5,903 nt of DNA, taken from contig NW_021829795.1 in the NCBI RefSeq assembly GCF_006345805.1, forward strand, positions 1-5,903. Reading direction: 5' to 3'. The notes under the pieces are model-generated. The model worked only from the letters and a program-made list of their open reading frames with translations. It did not search any database and was not told the DNA's origin. Of the stretch, positions 1 to 5,880 are shown one piece after another (positions within the stretch are counted from its first letter, which is position 1; each line of letters begins with the position of its first letter). The DNA is from Octopus sinensis. Its lineage: Eukaryota. The translations under genes were made by a program, and so were the position numbers.

Positions 1-60
1 GTCGTCGTCGTCGTCATCATCATCATCATCGTCGTCGTCGTCATCATCATTGTCATTGTC
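1..60. repeat. Compound trinucleotide microsatellite (GTC)n/(ATC)n
   Basis: (GTC)5(ATC)5(GTC)4(ATC)2 followed by ATT GTC ATT GTC; starts at the window edge and may extend beyond it. Confidence 0.95.
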
Positions 61-71
61 ACCTACTTCTA

Positions 72-128
72 TCTATATGTACGTGTGTATGTGCATATAT
101 ATATATAATATATATTATTATATTATAC
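72..128. repeat. Degenerate TA/TG/TAT low-complexity tract
   Basis: tatatgtacgtgtgtatgtgcatatatatatataatatatattattatattatac. Confidence 0.8.
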
Positions 129-129
129 A

Positions 130-552
130 AATTGAGATAGGGTTGTAAATGCAACCCTCCTTGGGATAACATATATCCAATATACTGCTAAGTGAAGTAC
201 CCAACAAGTTAATACATAAATTTAATGATTGCGATGCAATCAATTCATTTACTGTATTATATGGGCAAAGGTAAAATGGTTTACCACAAATTACTAATAC
301 AAGATAAGAAAATGGAGAAATCCATCTAAATCAAATATCAATTACACGATAAATCCAAACATGAAAACACAAAGAGAAAACACAACAACGCGAGGACGCG
401 GAACAAATATAGTATTAGTGGACGCTCAGGAAGGAAGGGAAGAAGGGTTTAACGTTTCGAGCGGAGCTCTTCGTCAGAAATATAGGTAAAAGAAAGATCC
501 AAAGAAGGGAAGACGGAGGGAAAGAAATCGCCAACGGTACACACGCGGTCAT
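130..552 (-). mobile_element. Putative Penelope-like-element (pLTR)-derived or non-autonomous repeat carrying a hammerhead motif; boundaries uncertain, especially the left one
   Basis: Complex sequence bounded by microsatellites and containing CTGACGA-A-stem-GAAACGTT on the minus strand. Minimal hammerheads of this form are an established feature of PLE pseudo-LTRs. No RT or GIY-YIG ORF is seen. Confidence 0.4.
448..480 (-). ncRNA. Minimal type I hammerhead-ribozyme-like motif
   Basis: Minus strand reads UUU-CUGACGA-A-GAGC(UCC)GCUC-GAAAC-GUU-AAA. Both catalytic boxes are present, stem II is 4 bp closed by G-C, palindromic AACGUU replaces stem III, and stem I is 3 bp (UUU/AAA). Confidence 0.6.
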
Positions 553-746
553 ATATACACATATAGCTAGATAGATAGATACATACATACACACCTATAC
601 ATATATATATATATACATACATATATTTATATATATATATATATATATACATATATACATACATATATACACATGTTATATATGCATAATTATATGTATA
701 TAAACACACACATACTTGCATATAGACACGTACATGTGTGTGCGTG

Positions 747-779
<33 letters not shown>

Positions 780-865
780 CTGTGTCTGTGTGTGGGGGGG
801 TGCGTGTGTGTGTATGTGTGTGTGTGCGTGTGTGTCTGTGTGTGTACATACATACATATATAGAT
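553..865. repeat. Large compound microsatellite (TA, TAGA, TACA, CA, then TG/TGTC, then CATA)
   Basis: Visible directly; source of the His/Thr/Tyr/Ile- and Cys/Val-rich ORFs at 449-1001. Confidence 0.95.
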
Positions 866-964
866 AACATAGTGTTTGGGGAAACTTGACTGAAATGAAA
901 CCTGAAAGTTCCTTGTTTCTGCAAACATTCTTGTAAGTCAGAAGAAAGCAACTTTTAGGTTTCA

Positions 965-978
965 CCGCTAGATGTCGC
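965..978 (+). promoter_or_regulatory. Candidate CTCF-type binding motif
   Basis: CCGCTAGATGTCGC resembles the CTCF core consensus CC(A/G)(C/G)(C/T)AG(A/G)(G/T)GGC(A/G)C with one G>T difference, in the main stretch (about 867-1326) where I recognise no repeat. Motif match only. Confidence 0.25.
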
Positions 979-1326
979 CAAACTTCTAAGCAACTGGACA
1001 TTTTTCTTGTATTACGTTTATATTCGTTGTTTTATTTCTTCATTTATTTGCTCATAATATATATTTCGTTTTGTTTTGTTTTTGGCTGTTTTTTTTTCTT
1101 CTTATATTATTGCGTCACCAGGGTTTTGTTTTTTCTATTCATTTGGTAACAGCGTCTATTAATTTACCTTACACGTTTATTTAAAGAGTAGCCAAGCCCT
1201 AATTTGGTTTAGTCCCTCATTTCATCAGCTGGTTCCAGCCAGGGAATTTTGGTCAATGGAACATCATTATCATTGTAGATTAGAGTATTCTGCTAGAAGA
1301 AAAATAAAGAGGGAAAGATGGTGTTC

Positions 1327-1828
<502 letters not shown>

Positions 1829-1860
1829 ACGTAGAAAGATAGAAAAATACATTGCAGTGA

Positions 1861-1886
1861 GAGTGTATGTGTGTGTGTGTGTGTGT
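1861..1886. repeat. (GT)n microsatellite abutting the 3' tail of the minus-strand SINE
   Basis: gagtgtatgtgtgtgtgtgtgtgtgt. Confidence 0.9.
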
Positions 1887-2113
1887 TTATTTCTTTATTG
1901 CCCACAAGGGGCTAAACATAGAGGCGTCAGACAAAGGGATTAGGTCGATTAGATCGACCTCAGTGCATAACTGGTACTTATTTGATCGACCTCGAAAGGA
2001 TGAAAGGCAAAGTCGACCGTTGCGGAATTTTGAACTCAGAACGTGGCGGCAGACGAAATACTGGTAAGCATTTCGCCCGGCGGGCCAACGATTCTGTCGG
2101 CTCGCCGCCTTAT
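1885..2113 (-). mobile_element. tRNA-derived SINE, family A (ataaggcggcgagc... head), full length
   Basis: Reverse complement aligns colinearly with 3211-3387: head, GAGTTCAAAATTCC B box, GGTCGACTTTGCCTTTCATCCTTTCG core, AAATAAGTACCAGTT, GTCGATCTAATCGAC. Its 3' tail differs (...gccccttgtgggcaataaagaaat). Confidence 0.9.
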
Positions 2114-2260
2114 ATGTATATACGTATATATGTATATATGTATGTGTGTTTGTATGTGTCTGTGTGTGCAGACAAGCACACACTTAAACGCACACTAACA
2201 CACAGACATACACGCACGCAGAAACACACACGCAGAAACACGCACGCATACACACACACA
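2112..2260. repeat. Compound TA/TG then CA/CACG/CAGA microsatellite
   Basis: Visible directly. Confidence 0.9.
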
Positions 2261-2367
2261 TGGTGGCGGCCGACTCTCGTATTCCGAGAAAGTCGGTTCT
2301 GCAATTTCTCGTAGAACAAGCTACTCAAATGTGTTGTTTATATTGATCAAATGTGTGTGTTGTACAA

Positions 2368-2750
2368 GGCGCAATGGCCCAGTGGTTAGGGCAGCGGACT
2401 CGCGGTCATAGGATCGCGGTTTCGATTCCCAGACCGGGCGTTGTGAGTGTTTATTGAGCGAAAACACCTAAAAAAGCTCCACGAGGCTCCGGCAGGGGAT
2501 GGTGGTGATCCCTGCTGTACTCTTTCACCACAACTTTCTCTCACTCTTACTTCCTGTTTCCGTTGTACCTGTATTTAAAGGGGCCGGCCTTGTCACTCTC
2601 TGTGTTACGCTGAATATCCCCGAGAAATACATTAAGGGTACACGTGTCTGTGGAGTGCTCAGCCACTTACACGTTAATTTCACGAGCAGGCTGTTCCATT
2701 GATCGGATCAACCGGAACCCTCGTCGTCGTAACCGACGGAGTGCTTCCAC
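2368..2750 (+). mobile_element. tRNA-derived SINE, family B
   Basis: A box TGGCCCAGTGG (2375-2385) and B box GGTTTCGATTCC (2418-2429). The 3' module at 2562-2745 is shared with 4673-4816 (15 mismatches in the last 127 nt by hand count). Confidence 0.9.
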
Positions 2751-2944
2751 ATTCTCTCCATCCAATCGAGGTTTCCTGAACAGGAACGCGATGTACCACA
2801 CGTCAGGTGTTGAAGTACATCGCAGAGCAAAGTGATATCAAGTGTTTTGTCGAAGGACACAACACACCGCTCAGTCCGAAATTTAGAACCACGATCTCGG
2901 GGTCGTGAGTCCAACACCTAAACACTAAACCACACACCCTCACA
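2751..2944 (-). mobile_element. tRNA-derived CORE-like SINE, older CpG-decayed copy, tail-to-tail with the family B copy
   Basis: Minus strand TGTGAGGGTGTGTGGTTTAGTGTTTAGG...TTGTGTCCTTCGACAAAACACTTGATATCACTTTGCTC matches the head and CORE start of 4533-4648 (TGTGAAGGCGCGTGGCTTAGTGGTTAGG...TTGTGTCCTTGAGCAAGACACTTTATTTCACGTTGCTC), then diverges. Confidence 0.8.
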
Positions 2945-3086
2945 ACATATATGCACATGTGTATCCATATTTACATACATACATACAAATTTATACGTGT
3001 GTGTGTGCGCTTGTTTGCGTGTGTGTGTTGTATGTGCGTGTTGTGTGTGTGTGTGTGTGTGTGTATGCGCGTGTGTGTGTACATAC
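2945..3086. repeat. Compound CATA/CA then TG/TGCG microsatellite
   Basis: Visible directly. Confidence 0.9.
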
Positions 3087-3210
3087 AATCTGTTTATCTG
3101 TACGGGCAGATCTTTAAATTTGGATAATTCATTTCCTTGGCAGATATATCGTTCTCCATTGAAAATAGATGAGTTTTCTTCTTGATATTCATTGACAATA
3201 TATTCTCAAG

Positions 3211-3436
3211 ATAAGGCGGTGAGCTGGCAGAATAGTTAGCACACCGGACAAAACGCTAACCGGCATTTCGTCCGTCCTTCAGCCTGTACGTTCTAAGTTC
3301 AAATTACGCCGAGGTCGACTTTGCCTTTCATCCTTTCGGGGTTGATTAAATAAGTACCAGTTGCGTACTGGGGTCGATCTAATCGAATGGCTCCCTCCAC
3401 AAAATTTCGGGCCTTGTGCCTAGAGTTGAAAAGAAT
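3211..3436 (+). mobile_element. tRNA-derived SINE, family A, full length
   Basis: A-box-like TGGCAGAATAG (3225-3235), B box GTTCAAATT (3297-3305), conserved core at 3313-3387, tail ending AAAAGAAT; homologous to several other copies in the window. Confidence 0.9.
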
Positions 3437-3642
3437 CGTTAGCACACCGGACAAAACACTAAGCAGCATTTCGTCCGTCCGTCCGTCCGTCCGCTTGTAC
3501 GTTCTGAGTTCAAATTACGCCAAGGTCGACTTTGCCTTTCATCCCCCGGGGTTGATAAATTAAGTACCCGTTACGCACTTGGGTCGATGAAATCGACTGG
3601 TTCCCTGCCCCAAAATTGTACCTATAGCAGAAAGGATATTAT
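3432..3642 (+). mobile_element. Family A SINE, second unit of a head-to-tail dimer (first ~20 nt missing)
   Basis: Colinear with 3229-3436, joined through a shared AGAAT at 3432-3436, with an internal (GTCC)5 expansion. Confidence 0.9.
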
Positions 3643-3660
3643 GAATTCTATTGTTGTCTA

Positions 3661-3747
3661 GGGTACCAGTTGAACATTGGGGTCGATATAATCGACATCC
3701 CTCCTCTTACGAAATTATTTGCAGTGGGCCAAAACTTAAAATCAATA
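3661..3747 (+). mobile_element. Family A SINE, 3' fragment
   Basis: GGTACCAGTTGAACATTGGGGTCGATATAATCGAC matches the family 3' core; a degenerate tail follows. Confidence 0.75.
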
Positions 3748-3755
3748 TAGTATTT

Positions 3756-3818
3756 TGACAGAACAGTTAGCACGCAGGACGAAATGCTTAGTGGCATTTC
3801 ATCCATCTTTAAGTTCTG
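3756..3818 (+). mobile_element. Family A SINE, 5' fragment
   Basis: TGACAGAACAGTTAGCACGCAGGACGAAATGCTTAGTGGCATTTCATCCATCTTTAAGTTCTG matches the family head. Confidence 0.75.
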
Positions 3819-3980
3819 GACACAGCAACTTGTCTTTCAACGATGTATTTACGTTAAGATCCATAGATATCTTGATATTTTCTACGGTGTATTACTTGGG
3901 ATTATTAATTTTGCATAAAAAAGCATTTTATTTTCCTTCCAGAAATGTTTCTATCCGAGTCTACACTTATCTAATGCGAC

Positions 3981-4115
3981 GAATTGGCAGAGACATTAAA
4001 GCCTTGGATAAAATGCCTCGCAACGGAATGTGTTCGAACTTTCTGCGTTCTAAGTTCAAACCCCACCAAGGTCAACTTCCATCTTTTCAGGGTCAATAAA
4101 CAATTCAACTCAGTA
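3981..4115 (+). mobile_element. Family A-like SINE, old degenerate copy
   Basis: GAATTGGCAGA...AAATGCCT...CGTTCTAAGTTCAAACCCCACCAAGGTCAACTT...CATCTTTTCAGGGTCAATAAA follows the family layout with many substitutions. Confidence 0.65.
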
Positions 4116-4320
4116 GTGATTCTTTGGTCCGAAACCAGATGGATTATAGTAAGCCAAATCTCATTTAAGCATATGCTGCTCTCTTAAAATAGAGAAGAAT
4201 ATACTAAACATTTCAATAATATATATATATGTATAAAACATGGTGATCACGGATGGAATGTCTTTGATCAGAAGTTTTCTTAATCAGGTATGAACTGAAC
4301 ATAGAATATTTAAAACAGCA

Positions 4321-4522
4321 CTTTCTGATTTGGGCACAAGGCCTGAAATCTTGAGGGAAGCGGATTTGCCGATTACCTCTAACTCAGTATTTGACCGGGT
4401 ACTTTATTTTATGGGCCCTGAAAGAATAAAAGGTAACGCTAATCCTAGCAGGAACTGAGCTCAGAATAAAAAGAGTTGGTACAAATGCCGCTAAGCATTT
4501 TTGCGATTGTACCCAACACTTC
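4321..4522 (-). mobile_element. Family A-like SINE, old degenerate copy, inverted
   Basis: Reverse complement has AAATGCTTAGCGGCATTT, TTCTGAGCTCAGTTCC, AAAATAAAGTACCCGGTC and ATTTCAGGCCTTGTGCCCAAATCAGAAAG in family order. Confidence 0.7.
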
Positions 4523-4837
4523 TTAAGAGAGCTGTGAAGGCGCGTGGCTTAGTGGTTAGGGCATTCGACTGACGATTGTAAGGTCGTGAGTTCGATTCCA
4601 AGCGACGCCTTGTGTCCTTGAGCAAGACACTTTATTTCACGTTGCTCCAGTCCACTCAGCTGGCAAAAATGAGTTGTACCTGTATTTCACCTGAGAACCA
4701 CGTTAAGGGTACGCGTGTCTGTGGATTGCTCAGTCACTTGCACGTTAATTCCACGAGCAAGCTGTTCCGTTGATCGTATCAGCTGGGACCCTCGTCGTCG
4801 TAACCGACGGAGTGCTCCTTTTTTTTTAAGAGAGCTG
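4523..4837. repeat. 12-bp target-site duplication TTAAGAGAGCTG (4523-4534 and 4826-4837)
   Basis: Exact direct repeat immediately flanking both SINE ends. Confidence 0.9.
4535..4825 (+). mobile_element. Complete tRNA-derived CORE-type SINE with T-rich tail and target-site duplication
   Basis: A box TGGCTTAGTGG, B box GAGTTCGATTCC, CORE-like TGTGTCCTTGAGCAAGACACTTTATTTCACGTTGCTCCAGTCCACTCAGCTGGCAAAAATGAG (resembles MIR CORE), 3' module shared with family B, T run at 4819-4827, flanked by TTAAGAGAGCTG on both sides. Confidence 0.92.
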
Positions 4838-4972
4838 AATGAAATCATTCAGAAAATACCCGGAGAATGTCCGGCTTTGATCTTTTCAGCGTCTATTATA
4901 AGATGTAGCAATCCCGGGAAACGGATTGAGGGAACTCTTTGACAGTCTTCTTGTCTTGTCTTGAGACAGCAT

Positions 4973-5637
4973 TCACCCGGGGTGGGTTAAGCTGGCTTCA
5001 TTCATCCTCAGTGCTGCATCTCTCACAAACGCCGACCAGGCCTGGCGATTTGAGGCTAACGACCGCGCGATCTCCAATCACTCCCTATTCCAGCGGTGAA
5101 CGCCGTAGACATGTGGTCCTAGGTTGGGTTCCAGATCAGCCTTGACTGTCATCAGCCAGGTTTTTCGTTGTCCACCACATCGCTTTCGCCACCCCTGAAG
5201 GGAGCTGGGGCAATTGCTTCGTAGGTTGGGTTCCAGATCAGCCTTGACTGTCATCAGCCAGGTTTTTCGTTGTCCACCACATCGCTTTCGCCAACCGTGA
5301 AGGGGAGCTGGGGCAATTGCTTCGTAGATGAATTCTCCTGGTTGACAACGGAGGGCATGACCCAGCCAACGCAGACGTCTCGTTAGGATGACTTGTCGGA
5401 GGGAGGTGATTTTGCACTGGTGTCGCACCGAATTGTTGGAGAAAAAGTGATGCCATCGGACACGAAGGATGCGGCGTAGACAGAGGTGATCGAAGGATTT
5501 TCTATTCACTTAATATCTTCCACTCTCATCGGCCATGACTTGCTGCCGTAAAGGAGAATCGTTCGATCTAGTGCTTGGTAGATCCGTACTTTGGTGGTGC
5601 GTCGGATTTCAGATCTTGACCAGAGTCGTGCATTGAG
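4973..5637 (-). pseudogene. Disrupted C-terminal part of the RTE LINE reverse-transcriptase ORF
   Basis: Hand translation: LNARLWSRSEIRRTTKVRIYQALDRTILLYGSKSWPMRVEDIK*IE/FDHLCLRRILRVRW...RRLRWLGHALR...GGQRKTWLMTVKADL...RWNRE*LEIARSLASNRQAWSAFVRDAA...HPG*. Internal stops at 5506-5508 and 5078-5080, a frameshift near 5495-5500, and the likely original stop at 4973-4975. Confidence 0.9.
5120..5324. repeat. Internal tandem duplication of 102 + 103 bp within the LINE
   Basis: 5120-5221 and 5222-5324 are identical except for two substitutions and one G indel; TAG microhomology at 5120, 5222 and 5325. Confidence 0.95.
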
Positions 5638-5880
5638 TCAGACGGTCGGACAAGATGACTTGCGGTATCTGTATCTGATCCGTTTTCTTTTTTTGTTCTC
5701 CTGACAACGCCAGCGATGTCATTTGTACTAAGTTGTATCGGCCCAAGTCGGCGGTCGATTCCCTGGATATCCATCGATAGCGTGAAGATGGAAGTCATGT
5801 ATGCAGAGACAACTGCCAGTCTTCCTCAAAAGAGAAAAAATCTTCTCCAGGCTGTGCATACGTAAGCTGTATATGCATGA

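Larger units (their letters stand above)
4947..5877 (-). mobile_element. 5'-truncated RTE-clade LINE (non-LTR retrotransposon) fragment
   Basis: RTE-type post-RT protein motifs, very short 3' UTR, (CAAGA)3 tail at 4949-4963, and candidate 7-bp TSD TGACAGT at 4940-4946 and 5878-5884. Confidence 0.9.

Noticed and set aside
1-60. Poly-Asp (minus) or poly-Ser (plus) coding potential of the GTC/ATC repeat
   Set aside because: A stop lies just upstream in the Asp frame and there is no credible acceptor; the GTC/ATC alternation is explainable by CpG transitions in a microsatellite.
405-485. 8-bp direct repeat AAATATAG (405-412 and 478-485) flanking the hammerhead motif
   Set aside because: Short and AT-rich, and complex sequence continues on both sides, so it is not convincing as a TSD.
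449-1001. Four overlapping ORFs of 64-159 aa
   Set aside because: They are translations of CA/TA/TG microsatellite (HT, YI, CV runs), which lacks stop codons in these frames; no protein-like content.
2262-2325. HDV-like ribozyme reading (G-U at the P1 base, TTCTCGT resembling L3)
   Set aside because: No P3 pairing around the L3-like motif and no P1.1, P4 or J4/2 elements in the required order.
2368-2440. tRNA-like sequence (also at 4539-4610 and 2860-2944)
   Set aside because: A and B boxes are present, but there is no proper cloverleaf and each continues into a SINE body; these are SINE heads, not tRNA genes.
3087-3207. Stop-free minus-strand frame (EYIVNEYQEENSSIFNGERY...) ending at a GTATGT donor-like site
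   Set aside because: Only about 40 codons, the acceptor is poor (GAG), and I recognise no protein family. RNA-seq or tblastx would be needed to revive it.
3211-4115. CRISPR-like or satellite interpretation of the recurring GTCGAT...ATCGAC units
   Set aside because: Spacing is irregular and each unit sits in a SINE copy; eukaryotic context with no cas genes.
3925-4154. Strong-looking acceptor TTTTATTTTCCTTCCAG (ends 3942) and donor-like GTAAGC (4149-4154), suggesting SINE exonisation
   Set aside because: The frame that is open through the SINE has a stop shortly after the acceptor, and such signals are common by chance in AT-rich DNA.
4947-4990. Local RTE LINE as the mobilising partner of the neighbouring SINEs
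   Set aside because: Its 3' end (GGGTGAATGCTGTCTCAAGACAAGACAAG) shows no clear similarity to any SINE tail in the window.
5568-5798. 76-aa minus-strand ORF, and the 72-aa ORF at 5238-5456
   Set aside because: Mostly alternative-frame readings of the decayed LINE ORF, not independent genes.
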